Positions 13,476 through 29,211 of a DNA stretch of 64,000 bases are shown here, one piece after another. The notes under the pieces are model-generated. The model worked only from the letters and a program-made list of their open reading frames with translations. It was not told where the DNA came from and searched no databases. Source of the DNA: the human T2T-CHM13v2.0 reference genome, Homo sapiens; NCBI RefSeq assembly GCF_009914755.1, contig NC_060927.1; one strand, written 5' to 3'. Within the stretch, counting starts at the first letter, position 1. Every line of letters starts with the position of its first letter. The translations under genes and the position numbers were made by a program.

Positions 13476-13870
13476 CATTTGAGTGTGTGTGTTATAGATT
13501 TTACTGACTTATTTTGCTAGAAATAAAAGTAAGGGATCAATACTGATGGAAAAATATAGGTAACTTTGATGTATTTCAGAGCAGCTGCCAAGCCATTCTC
13601 CTCTCTGGGGAAATGCCTATTTCATATGAAATACACAGGGCTTTCTCACTCCTGGACATAACTGATTTGATTAGGATGGCTTCTAAATGGGATTTTCTGA
13701 GACCCATGACTTGTGTGGCCTAGCTTGAAAAGATGAACTGAGACAATCGTGTTTGTTCTCAAAAACATAAACTAAGAGATGGAGAAGGAACGTGTCAATT
13801 GGTGATGGGCCCCGGAGCCAGTAGGTAGTAGAGACTCAGGTAATACAGATTCATGTGCAAGATGGATAAG

Positions 13871-13995
13871 CAACAACAACAAAAAAAAAAATAGAAAGAG
13901 GAAGAAATAGAGATACATATAAGTGCGTGCGTGCATGCACACGCACACACATACACACACAGAGAGAGAAAGAGAGAGAGACAGAGAGAGAGAGA
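13871..13995. repeat. (CAA)n/A-rich, then (CA)n and (GA)n low-complexity tract
   Basis: Seen directly. Confidence 0.85.
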
Positions 13996-15521
13996 ATGTG
14001 CTCTGGAGAGAAAGACAGAAAGGAACATCTTACATGTAGGCTAGGTAGGCTTTGGTTAATTCAAAAGTTTCTTTTCATATGTACCTTTTTAATTATCTCG
14101 TGTTTTCCCTGTGGCAACTTTAATATGTGTCTGTTCCTCCCATAGTAGTATCTTCTTTTACACCTTTAATTAATTGGAAGGGATTCAGTAGACTGAAACT
14201 AGTAAGAGCCATGGTCAAGTATTGTATACCAGCTTTTTGACTACATGTAAACAAGAGAAAAGAAGGTAGCAGCATTGTGAAGAAAGGAAAGATAGTGGCC
14301 GAAAGGAAAAAAGGAAAGTCAGTCATACTGGGAGAATCCAGGGCATTTGGGAAATGAACTAATAGTAGTTATGGGATTGATAACAATGGTTTCTGCAGGA
14401 AACAAATAATGACTTTCAGATCTCCAGATGAGAGACCTGTTTTCTTTTAATGTCTATCCTCCACTGATAATTTGTGAAGATTTACATAGAAAGATGAGAG
14501 TAATGTATTCCTTATGTTTTTAGTGTATGTTTTGATGGTCAAACGTTTTATTATTAGAGTAATGAAGAACATTTACTTTTGACACATACCACAATTACTG
14601 CCTATCTGTTATGGGTACAGGACATGGGCTTATTGATGTGATAGAACCTGAAATGATGACTTTGGTTCATGTATTAAAGCACGGTCAGAACACATTTTAA
14701 GGATGAGTTTGTGTTTGAGGAAAGAGTACGATCATGCCATAGCAATGTGGACTCACTGATTTTGTCCTTTATTTCAATTTCTGGTAACTCACTATATATC
14801 TGCTTTAAGATGCAAATCTTGAGGGAGATATTGCAGTAGAATAGAGAACATTTATTAAACCAGTATTCAAGGCCCACTATGGAAGCAGTTATGGCATGGA
14901 GAATAGAGATAAATAAGGAAGGTCAAGAAGAGTAAGATAGAATAGCTGAAAGTGAAAAGAAGGTATTTCAGATGGAGCAAAGGGAGAATAAGAGGATATA
15001 ATTAGTTAGAAGGAGAAATAAAGTAGTGGAGATCCTTGAAGTCAAGAGCACCTAGTTAAAATTGTATTTACTGGAAACACTGTTTGTAGGTGAACCAATG
15101 TACTGGAAAGGATTTGTGGCTATGGGTAAAGAAGACAGCCAGATGAGGTTCAATTAATATAAAATCTTACCTAATCCAACACTTGACTCAAGTTGTGAGC
15201 TCAATGGCCATATTTAGTGTAGCTATAAAATATAAGGTCTTTTCAAATGTAATTCGTTCCTTTCATTCATGAAAAGTGGTTAAATAATGTGCGTACAAGC
15301 CCCCCACCCACCCTCACACACACATGTGCACACTCTAGCTATTTCTGTCTCAGCCTAAATTGAAACAGAATTTGGTAGCAAATATTGTCAATTGAGAGTC
15401 TTATGGAAATCACAGATCTTAGAGAAATGCAAGGACAGTGTGAGATAGCCACCTTTAAACAAGACTGAAGCTATACATACGTCTTAGGTTTGTGTAATCA
15501 TCCTACAAAATACATTTGTCT

Positions 15522-15619
15522 TTTTAGCTCAACTGCCACTTGTCTTTGACAAATTTTACTCATTCTTTCTCCTTTTAGCTCAACTGCCACTTGCCTCTGA
15601 CAAATTTTACTCATTCTTT
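15522..15619. repeat. Tandem duplication, period 51 bp, 2 copies
   Basis: ttttagctcaactgccacttgYctYtgacaaattttactcattcttt at 15522 and 15573 (45/47 identical). Confidence 0.95.
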
Positions 15620-15639
15620 TTTTTCCAAGATTGAACACT

Positions 15640-15890
15640 ATTTCTTCTATAGCATTTCATTTTGTTGCTGATAACTCTTTTACATGCTTCCTTAGCACAC
15701 CCTTCTTACCAATAATACCATTTGTTATCATTGACTCCATACTTGCCAGTTCCTTTCTAGACTAAGACTCCTGAAGACAGAGCCAGAGTCACCACTACAT
15801 CTCCAGGGTCTCGTGACCTTGATTCACAGTAGGTACCCAATATATACCTGGTATACAGATGAGTGGGTGGATGGATGAATGAATTGATGA
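15640..15890 (+). mobile_element. L2 3' end
   Basis: ctagactaagactcctgaagacagagcc...cacagtaggtacccaata...ggatgaatgaat. Confidence 0.6.
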
Positions 15891-17235
15891 GTGGTGAATG
15901 GGAAGAGAGTTAAGGTGGGGGGTGGGAGAGGAAGAGAGGGTAGAGAGGATTGAGAGAGAAAGAAGAGAAAGGATTATATATTGTGATATGAATTTATGAA
16001 ATGGTAGTTGAAAATATTTAGATAAAAGACAAATATGACCGTTCTTTTGGAACGCTTTAGTAATTAAAGAAGTTAAATTTCTTTATAATAATAAAGCACA
16101 AGAATGCATGTAGTATTTTATATCATCTTGAACATTCATAGCATATCCAAATGATGTATCCTTTATCATAAATTCTAGCCAAAAATTAAAAGAATTATCT
16201 TATTTTTACATTGTCCTAATTTGTTGTAATTATTCACATAAGTACATCCTAAGCATGAGGGAACTGTAACAACATGCACTCATTTTGTACATTTCTGGCC
16301 TTGTTGTATGTAATAACAGATATTAGGAGATAACTTAGTGGGATAGAGACACAAATGAATGCACTAAATGAGAGAATCCCCAGGCCATTCCTGTCATGGG
16401 ACTTAATGCCTGCATTTTGATTATGAAAAAGGACAAAGGACTTTCTTGAAGATAGAGTTATTACCTATTTTATAATCAGAATAAAATGTTAAGAAAAAGA
16501 GCATTACATTATTATTAATCATACCTTAGCAGCATAATGTTAACTTCTATATATTTAAAGTAATTACATTAACATAAGAAATAAATTTGCTACTGAGGAT
16601 CCTGGGAAGTAGCAGAGTAGAAAGCACCAGGAGTCTCTTTCCCCACCTAGACAACAATCGCACTAGCAGAATCTGTTTGATATAACTCTTTTGGAACTCT
16701 GGAGTCTATTGAAGGCTTCAAACTTCCAGGAGAATGCTTGGACAGTAAAGTGGAGTGAATTTTTATCAATTTTAGCTCTTAGAGTAGCAGCAACCCCTCC
16801 CCAACACAGCCCTATGACAGGCAGCTGTGCACCTGCTCCTGAAATAAATTGCACATAGCTCATAGGAACCAGGGTAGAAAAAAAGACTTTGTCTTCCAAA
16901 TATTGGGAATATGTGCTTTGATCACTGACTGTTTCTGATCACAGAGTTACAGACCAAGAGGTGGGTAGTCACTGCTGTTGTACTTCCCTCCATTGTTACG
17001 AACCCACCGTCCCCCATTGAAATGAGTTTCAGCTGGGGACGAACGCCCCATCCCCAGTTGAAATAACAAATCAGCAACCATTTTTTCCCTCCTTTGATTA
17101 TTCTATATTTCTTCTTTTTGGAGTCAGACATTAAAGACTAGGAAAACTACTAAATAAATGGGAAATTTAGAAAGTTGACTGTGCATTCCCAGGGAAAGTC
17201 ACAGGCTCAGGAAAACAAAAACAAAAACAAAAACC

Positions 17236-19491
<2,256 letters not shown>

Positions 19492-19883
19492 CCTGAGGAA
19501 GCCTTAAATGTACACCTCTGGTTGATCCTTGGCACAGGCACAGCCTAAAACAATCAACAAAACAAAAACAATAAGAAATAAATATATAATACAGAAAGCC
19601 CTGGGGAAAGGGGTAATAGAATTTTCAGAGTTACCACATTATTAGATTTAAATGTCCAGTTTTTAGCAAGAAAATAAAATCGCAAGACATAAAAAGGAAT
19701 AGAAATGTATGGAACATTCAAAAGGAAAAAATAAGTCAACAGAAATTGTTCCTAAAAAAGACTTGATGACAACTCTACCAGACAAAAACTTCAACACAAT
19801 TACCTTAAAGATGCTCGAACAGTTGAAGAAAGATGTGAAAAAAAATCAAGAAAGTAGAATGTGAATAAAATAGAGATAGCAAG

Positions 19884-19957
19884 AAGAGCCAAGATGGGTG
19901 ACTACATACAGCCAGGAAGAGCATCTTCCCGAGACCAAGAGACAAGACCATCAAGAT
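19884..19957 (+). mobile_element. Short 5' terminus of a different primate L1 (L1P4-like)
   Basis: gagccaagatgggtgactacatacagccaggaagagcatcttccc resembles the CCAAGATGGCCGACTAG L1 start. Confidence 0.55.
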
Positions 19958-21588
19958 GGGGGAGGGAGGGGAAGCAATGGTTAATAAACTAAGTAAGACC
20001 ATAAATAGCAAATACAATCTTGAAAATAAATAACAAAGATGGAGGACTCACACTTACTGATTTTAAAACATACTGCAAAGCTACAGTATTCAAAATAGGG
20101 TGATACTGGCATTGAGGCATATAAACCAATGGAATAGAATAGAAAGCCCAGAAATAAACCCTCATACAGATGGTCAAATTACTTTTGACAAGGGTGGTAA
20201 GACAATTCAATGAGGAACAAGTAATCTCTTCAACAAACGGTTCTGGGAAAACTGGATATCTACAAGCAAAAGAATGTAAATGGACTGTTATCTAAAACCA
20301 TGTAAAAAATTAAGTCACAATGGATTAAAGGCTTAAATATAAGAACGAGAAATATAACGCTTCTAGAAGAAAACATAGGACAAAATTTGATCACATTGGA
20401 TTTAGCCATGATTTCTTGGATATCACAGAAAAGGCATAGGAAATTAAAGAAAAACTAGCCAAACACAACTTTATAAAAATTTTTTAAAAATGTTCTCCAA
20501 AAGATACTATCAGCAGAGTAGAAAGGCAATTCACAGAATGGAAGACAATATTTGCAAATCAAGTATCTGATAACAGATTAATAGCCAGAATATAGAGAGA
20601 ACTCCTAAAACTTAACAACAACAACAAAAAAACAAGCTGATTAGAAAATGGACAAAGAACTTGAATAAATATTTTTCCAAAGATAATATGCAAATGGTGA
20701 ATAAGCATATGAAAAGATGCTCACAAACATTAGAGAAATGCACATCAAAACAAAATGAGATATTTCACATGCATTACAGTGGGAAAAAAGAAAATAACGT
20801 ATTGATGAAGAGGAGGAGAAATTGAAACACTTGTGCATTGTTGGTGGGAATGTAAAACAGTATAGTCATTGTGGAAAACGGTATGGTGATACTTCAAAAA
20901 TTAAAAATGGGATTACCATATGATTGAGCAATTTCACTTTCAATTCAGTTTCTAAAAGAAATGAAATAGAGTTGCAAAGAGATATTTGAACACCTACGTT
21001 CATAACAGTGTTATTCACAATTGCTAAAATCTGGAAGCAACCCAAGTGTCCACTGACAGATGACCGGATAACCAAAATGTAGCATACATATGCACAATGG
21101 AATATCATTCAGCCTTAAAAATGAAGAAAATTTTGATGTGCTGCAACATAGAAGAATCTTGAGAACATGCTAAGTGAAATAGCCAATCACTAAAAGACAA
21201 ATACTGTATGATTCCACTTTTATGAGGTACTTAGAGTAGTCAAAATCATAGAGACAGTAAGTAGAATGGTGGTTGCTGGAGATGGGGGAGAGAAAAATGG
21301 GGAGATCTTATTTAATGGGGATTTTATTTCAGTTTTACAAGATGAAAAGAGTTAAGGTGATAAAGGTGGTAATGGTTGCACAACATTATGAATACGTTTA
21401 ATACCATTGAACTGTACAGTGAAAAGTGGTTAAGATGGTAAATTTTGTTATAATGTATTTTAACACAACAAAAATAAAATTGGAAAGAGAAAATAAAAGA
21501 TATTTACCATTTTGTGCTTTTATACCTGGAAAGTTCAAGCCTCTTAGTCTTCTCTTTGGAATAGGTTTCTCTTTTAAAAACAGGAGTC

Positions 21589-22695
21589 TTTGCCCATGAA
21601 AGACTTTATGATGAAGACTCCAAAAGCAATTGCAGCAAAAGCAAAAATTGACAAATGGAATCTCATTAAACTAAAGAGCTTCTGCACGGCAAAGGAAACT
21701 ACATCAGAGTAAACAGACAACCTAAAGAATCAGAGAAATTTTTTTGCAATCTATCCATCTGACAAAAGTCTAATATCCAGAATCTACAAGGAACTTAAAT
21801 GAATTTACAAGAAAAAAAACAAACAATCCCATTAAAAAGTGGGCAAAGAACACGAACAGACACTTCTCAAAAGACTACATACATGCAGCCCACAAACATA
21901 TGTTAACAAGCCCACCATCCCTGATCATTAGAGAAATGAAAATCAAAACTACAATAGATACCATCTCATGCCAGTCAGAATGGATATTATTAAAAAGTCA
22001 AAAAAAAAACAACTGCTGGTGAGGTTGTGGAGAAAAAGGAATGCTTTTACACTTGGTGGGAGTGTAAATTAGTTCAACCATTGTGGAAGATACTGTGGCA
22101 ATTCCTCAAAGACCTAGAGGCAGAAATACCATTTGACCCAGCAATCACATTACTGGGTGTACACCCAAAGGATTATAAATCATTCTATTGTAAAGATACA
22201 TGCACACATATGTTCATTGCAGCACTATTCACAATAACCAAGACATGGAGTCAACCCAAATGCCCATCAATGATAGACTGCATAAAGAAAATGTGGTACA
22301 TATACACCATGGAATACTATACAGCCTTAAAAAGGAACAAGATAATGTCCTTTTCAGGGACATGGATGGAGCTGGATGCTACTCTCCTCAGCAAACTAAT
22401 GCAGGAACAGAAATCAAATAGTGCATGTCCTCACTTATAAGTGGGAGCTGAATGATGAGAAGACATGGACACATAGTGGGGAAACAACACACACGGGGGC
22501 CTGTCAGAGGGTGGGGGTGGTGAGAGGAGGGAGAGCATCAGGGAGAATAGCTAATGGATGCTGGGATTAATACCTAGGTGATGGGATGATCTGTGCAGCA
22601 AACCACCATGGCACACATTGACCTATGTAACAAACATGCACATCCTACACATGTACCCCCAAATTTAAAATAAAAGTTGGAATCAAAAACAAAAC
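21589..22695 (+). mobile_element. 5'-truncated L1PA11-13-like element with 12-bp TSD AAAACAGGAGTC
   Basis: ORF2 C-terminus (LEAEIPFDPAITLLG); 3' UTR gggagagcatcagg...aatacctaggtgatgggatgatctgtgcagc; TSD at 21577-21588 and 22696-22707; TTTT/AA endonuclease site. Confidence 0.93.
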
Positions 22696-22799
22696 AAAAC
22701 AGGAGTCAAATGAAGACATCTTTAAAAATGGAGGCCAATGGGATGCTCTGATGGAAACAGGAGATGGGAAATAGGGAGTAGAGTCTCTATTCCATGGAA

Positions 22800-23160
22800 T
22801 CACAAAGCCCAAAGATTAGTCACAGAGAAGTAAAAATGTTCAGGAAAAATATTATGGTAGGTGCAGAGATAGAGAGAAGTGATTAGAGACATATTTAAGA
22901 GATTTTGTTGACTAGATAAATGATGACGGGCTGTGATGGGGTTGATGAAGGAGTAGATGTAATTAAGAATAACATGATTTTGGCTTTCCCAGTTCAGTAC
23001 CTGTCACTGAAATGGGTACTTAGAGAACTTTAAAGATGTCCAGCTTAGGGGAAAAGTTAACAAATTTGGATATGATGTTTATAATATTTTTGAAACAGGG
23101 AAATAGAATGACATGAGGCAGTCAAACTAAGGGTCTAAAACTGAGAGGATAGGTCCAGGT
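22800..23160 (-). mobile_element. Degenerate L2
   Basis: gagacatatttaagag...ggctttt...tgtcactgaaatggg...gggtctaaaactgagagg. Confidence 0.5.
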
Positions 23161-24079
23161 AATAGTATGCTGGTAAAAACCAACTGGCTTTCTAGAGAGG
23201 CAAAGCCCTGACTTGTATCATTTGTCAACCACTGCAGTTAAAATACTCCCACCAACACATCAATTTCATGGTATAAGTACAAATGACATAACCTGAGAAG
23301 AGATGAGCATAATTTACTCTTGCAAGAGAGTGTAAACCAGCTCCATCACATAAGGAGTGACTCAAGAAGCAGGAAATCATCAAAACTGTAAAGTACTCAT
23401 GGAAAATCAAGTAAATTCATCTGGATGAAGGGTGGGCTTTGAGTATCTTTTGCTTCTGTGTCACTTATGTTTCCTTTTTTATTAACTCTTTAATGCAGGG
23501 TTGCAAAGTATTTGCAGCAAGAATTGGCACCTGTTTCCTAAATCAGCCTAGAGCTTTCATTCTTGGCACCATCACCTGCTACTTACCAAGGTCATTTGAA
23601 AGTTATGACCAGTGAGGAATTGCCTCTGCTAGCTAAAAAAAATTTAAAATAAAAATAAAAAAAGGAAGAAAGTGGGGGATAAAGGAGGGCTTGGAAAGTA
23701 CTGCTTTTATTGCTCTATTACTCCAAAAATAGTCTAAACTCTCAGTGAACCTATTTACAGCTCTGAGAAGTTGAACTCCTCCTGGCTATTTCTTTAGCAA
23801 TTAAGACCCTATATTGTATCTAATTTCAAAATCGAAGTCTTCCGTAACTTATCATGATGATTTCGGTTATTTGTACATTATTTCCTCCTTCATAGATGTT
23901 TGTTGTTTTTGTATTCCCCCAAATTAAATTTTATACTGAAATATACAAAGTATTCGATGACAGGAAATAATTAATCATTTTCTTATTGATTTAAGAATAT
24001 CCTTCTAGAGTAAATTTTTAGATTGTCCGAGCTATAGTTAGTACACATTTCTTTCTAGAGCTCATTTGTATAAATAGCG

Positions 24080-24850
24080 TTTTCCAGTAATTATAAAATT
24101 AAGACATGCTCTTTTTTAAATATTAGAAAAATTTTAAAAAATAATGTAAAGAAGAAAATAAGTACTCATAATTCCTTACACAAATACTGCTAATAGTATT
24201 TTCTTTCAGATAGTCAATTATATAGTTTAATATATTGTGATGTCCATTTTTTACATATTAAAATTTTATAGTATTTCTTTGTATTTCAAATTTTTTGTAT
24301 GTTATACAATCAAAATCTTCTGTCATTAAAATTATGCAAAATATGTTAATTATTTAATTATATCCTATATTATGAGTGTGTCATATTTACATACACATTC
24401 TTTTATTTTGGACACTTAGATATTTTCCAAATTTTCATTGTTAAATATAGAATGGCAAAGGACATCCTCCTCCATTAGTTTTTGTGCTTATTACTTATTG
24501 TTTCCTTGGATAAAGCCTTGAAATGTAATACTAGGTTAAAGGGTAAAATTGCTGCAAATAATTTTGGTACATACTGTTCAATTGCTCTCTCAAAAGATCG
24601 TGCCAATTTACAATCACATCACATGAGCGCCGTGTGTGACGGCTCAGTTTTACTCCACCATAACCAGCACTGAATATCCTTTAAAAAAGAACGACGTATG
24701 TGTGTGTTAAATCTGATACACAACAACTAGCATTCTGTCATTATTTGTATTTATCATTCTTTTATTAAGATAAGTTAATGACTGAAGTAATTTTGTGAAT
24801 TTGTCTTCCTATCCCTTGATTATTTTTCTATTGATGATCATGTTTACCTT
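24080..24850 (-). mobile_element. L1ME-type fragment
   Basis: ttggacacttagatattttccaaatttt...ttccttggataaa...caattgctctctcaaaagatcgtgccaatttac. Confidence 0.7.
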
Positions 24851-25859
24851 ACCTAAGGTACTTAATGTAATTTAGAGATAACTAAAAAATAAACTTTATA
24901 TGAGATTCTGGAAATATAATGTCTAAGTGTAGCATCAGCAATTATCATAAAAAGGAAAGTAAAGTTGAACAAAGAATATATACAAGTGATGTTTACAAAT
25001 CATAATTACACAAAGCAAAAAGAAACATTATTCTTTACGGCTACCAGAGCTCCATGAGAAAGGCACATTTGCTATTCCTGTGGGCAGAAACTGAAACTTT
25101 TTCTCCTGTCCAAAGACACAGATAGGTTTTAGAGTGAATACTAGTTCCAGAAAAGTTCCCAGTTCTCTCCCCATAGCTGCTGAACGGTGCTAAAGAGGAA
25201 TCCCTGCAAACAATTGCTGTGAGCTTTAGATATGATTTTCTAACTTTCTCTTGGCCCCCAAACATGCTACTTACTTCCTCAGCCTTTTCCCCACATGGGA
25301 CCGTGTTGCCAATAATGTCTGTGGGATACATTTGAAATCATCAGGCTTGAATTTAATTACATTATGTAAACTAGAAAATGTCCCCAGTAGGTTTTGAGGG
25401 ACTAGCTTCTGTATGCAATTGCAAAGTTCTGTTTTGTTTAAAATAATTGCATTTTGATAAATCCACTCTGACTCAAACCATTTTTTGATCTTTGTCAAGA
25501 ACTCATTTTCATCACATCAGCCTGAATTTACCTTTTAAAAAAATAAATATTTATAAAATTCTGCATAAAAGCCTTTCCTCTACTCCACATCCTCCCTAAA
25601 TGCCCTCTCTCTCTACCGAGGTTGGGGCAGGATGGTGAGAGGAGATGGGCAAAGCATCATGTTCATGGGTTATCTCAGCACCAACTTAGTTGACAGATAG
25701 TCACCAAGTTCTGAATGCAGCCTATTCTCTGACGGTGCATTGGGAAGAAAGGCTTTCAACATGATCAGACAGAGAGAGAAGAATCATTTGAAACACTGTA
25801 TGAACTTCATACTTAAATTCATTATAACATTTGTGAAGTTGCTTACATAGATCTTCCCA

Positions 25860-26327
25860 TTGGAGACTGCGTCTTTGGGCCTGATTTTTCACCCTTCTTC
25901 ATATCCATGCCCTCTGCCATGCAACTTTGCAATTCTTTTCCCTAATAAGGCATATTATATTTCAACTACTGCCTTATTTTGTACTTGGTTTTGTGACCAG
26001 TTTGACTAATAGAATGAGCTCTGCCATATTTTAGCCTAGCTTTCTTATGTCTCTGGCATCACGATGAGAAAAACCTACCCTGCTGAGTCTCTTGGTCCAA
26101 GGAAAAAGAGAGACATGTGGAACAGAGACACCCTAGCTAGCTTAAAACCTGACATAAGAAGCGGAATTGTCCAGCTGAAGCAAACCCATCCAGCTGAGCC
26201 AAGCCTTGATCAAACGGACCCCAGATGATATGCAGTGTGTCTCCAGTAATAGACATAATAAGTAACTGCTGTTTTAAGTTAATGAGTTCTAGGGTGGTTT
26301 GTTAAACAGCAATGGCAAACTAATATA
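25860..26327 (+). mobile_element. MaLR solo LTR (MLT1I/H-like)
   Basis: ccatgccctctgccatgcaactttgca...gagagacatgtggaacaga...tgttttaagttaatgagttctagggtggtttgtta...ctaatata. Confidence 0.8.
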
Positions 26328-28404
26328 ATTCCCTTAGAAGTTTTAGCAACTTACAACATACACACTCAATGCAAAAATTTAAACACTCCACAGTTAGAAA
26401 GAAAGCCAATCAGTGCCCCTCATTTAGAAACAGTGATACCCAATTTTCTCAGGCTCTTGTTTACCACTTCTGAGACGTGCCTCTCACTGGAAGCATTTTC
26501 ATTTACTGGCTTTTAAAGAAACATTTCTCACCACAAACACACTTATTTCTTTCCCCAACACACCTAGCCATCTGTCTTCAAAGCTCCTCCCAACTACTTC
26601 ATTTTATCCCTACCCGCAGAGATACAAAGAGCCTGAGCGAAAGGTGGCACGGCTGAGTTCAGAAATAAGGCAAGTCCCATTTCCTATTCATCTCACAGGG
26701 GTAATCTAAACATCGAAGCACCCTGTAGTCTATCAGGCAAGCTATCACTGACAGCTCTTGAAAATTCAGAGAAACAATTCTGATTCAGAGCATGGTTCGC
26801 GAAAAACAAAATCTACAATCAGAAATATACACATATATATATACCTGTCTCAACTGAGGCAGAAAAATCACATCACATATCTTTATATCACTTCTGATTT
26901 CTCACAATACAAAAAGAGGACTATATTTAATTTTATAATTTAATTAAAATAATTTAAAAAATCCAAATAGAAATTCCCCAAATGATCTCGTTATGAGTCA
27001 GTTTTACCCAAATCAATAAGCCACTGTGGTTAAGTGTTTGATAAACAGCCACAAACTCAAGGAAAAATATTGTGATGAAAAGACTATTTTAATGAAACAA
27101 AATCACTGTCTGGCACATAGTCTGGAACATTACTATATGAGGACCAGGTCCTATTAATATCCCTGCTTTTCTAAAGACAACAAACCTAGCCTGTTACAGC
27201 AGTGAGAACTAAATTTTGCCCCATGGAGAACCAGGTTGGAAAAGGAGATATTCTTCCAAGAAACTCTCAGAAAGTGGTTATCTGGTGGCTGACATAAAGG
27301 TACACTGTTCTTAGGCTGGAGGTGGCAAAAATCAACCACAGTCAGAGCTGGGACGTGGAAAATGCCTAGGGATAAACCACCTGAAAACATTACTTTCTCA
27401 GCTCCAAAGACAAAGCCACAGACATCAGTGTCATTAAGACCACTGGGCATTTCAGGATATAAACCTGCCAAATGCAATATACTCTGCAAAACAAAATTGA
27501 GCAGATTATTCAGGTCAAATTGACTTCTAACTCAGTGATCATAAGCCCCAAATAGTTCAAGCATTTGTATTCTGAAACATGTCTAAATAGCCCATGTGGA
27601 AAGATAATATATATATATACTTTTGTCTGCTTTATAAAAATGTGAGGAAAAAAACATTAAAGAGAGCGGATTGTTGCCTTTATATAAATTGTATGGCCAA
27701 AAGCATAATGTTTAATTTACTATATGTTGGATGTAATAAAAAGGCAATTCAAATATCTATCATAATTAGTGACTTCAGCACATGGAGTTTATACAATAGG
27801 TGTTTCTGAACATTAGAAATAAAAATACTTTTTTGACTTGAGTTCTATCTTAGAGAAAAAGAAGGGGGTAAGAAATTAACATTTACTGAGCGCCTTCTCA
27901 ATGCCACTCACTTTACAAATGTAAGTTCATTTACTATGGTACAGTAAAGATCTATGACAAAAGAATAAGGAGGATGAAACACATTTCTATTTAGAACTCC
28001 AAGTTCCCAGATATCTAGACATGTTTATATTAGTTGCTGAGTATGGCTTTAGATTTAGGGAGGATCTACCAACTCATTTATTCCAAATAATTTATTCTTT
28101 TTGTGGTCCTCACTATATTTCCTCATACTTAGTCCGAAAATTAAATTTTCATTAAAAAAATCAATTCAGAAGAAATTCTGTCTCCAAATGTAATATCCAG
28201 GCATTGTCTTACAAGGCTGCCTTGCTCACTGCAAAGAATAAAGCAAGATGGGAACATCTATTGTGTTACATGAAAGTGACTTTCAGGATTTGACTAGCAA
28301 ATTAGTGAATAGTCCACACCCACACAGAAACACACACAACCATCTGCACAGGAAATAAACACTCTGGAGAGCCAACAATAATAGTAGGAATATCAACAAA
28401 CCCT

Positions 28405-28560
28405 TACATAACATTTACTGTGTGCCAGGCACTGATCTAACTACTTTACTAATATTACCTACTTCAACCTCTTTAACAATCCTATGAGACGAGTTTCACA
28501 CATTTCAAAAGAAAGTAATAGATTAATACAGTGCTCATGGCCAAAGTGAATACTAGATGT
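28405..28560 (-). mobile_element. MIR fragment
   Basis: catttactgtgtgccaggcactgatctaa...aacaatcctatgag. Confidence 0.7.
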
Positions 28561-29120
28561 AGGGCATACTATCATTGCAACTACCACCAGGGGATTCATG
28601 TCACAGTTTACTGAGTTTTCCCCTGACATTTTCCTCTTCCTCACCTACTTTTGTTTCTACTGCGCAGCCCTCACGCTCTTTCTCAATATCTTCCTTATGT
28701 GGATACGACATGCATCTGTACTACTTATTGGTTTCACTAATTTACTGAAAAATATGAATACATTTTCTTTCTTAATTTTCAGAGTGAGTTTGTTGAGCAT
28801 TTGCTTTTTCCTTTCTCTTAGAACACTTAAGATATGTTAGGGACCAACAGTAGTTCACATATGGAAGTGCTACTAAAGCATGAAGTATCTTTCAATGGAC
28901 TAATTGTATTTTACATTAGACTAATGACATTCTAATAGGGTAACCCACAGAACCTGCATGGGGCTACTGAAATGTCCTCAAATCATTTTTGTTCAACTTT
29001 CACCTGAGGAATACTTCTCCATCAGTTGATCAATAAGAATGTTCAGATACCAGCAACAACAAAAGCAAGGATTTTCTGTAAGATCCACTTAGTAAAACAG
29101 CTTTGGTTGTCCAAAATGGT

Positions 29121-29211
29121 TGACATTTAGTAGCGCCAGCCAAGTGGAGGACACAATGTGGGCAGGTGTCTTCATAAGGCATCAACATAAAATCTCCAAG
29201 TTTAGAGCTGA
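29121..29211 (+). repeat. 91-bp dispersed direct duplicate, copy 1
   Basis: 80/91 identical to 30473-30563, ungapped. Confidence 0.95.

Noticed and set aside
23317-23328. 12-bp palindrome CTCTTGCAAGAG
   Set aside because: Several palindromes of this size are expected by chance in 64 kb
25041-25498. Minus-strand ORFs with a GAA|gtaagt donor at 25275
   Set aside because: No clear acceptor and no protein similarity
27154-27489. 111-aa minus-strand ORF beside a good acceptor (tttgttttgcag at about 27485)
   Set aside because: Non-ATG start, no recognisable domain and no convincing paired donor; isolated splice signals are common
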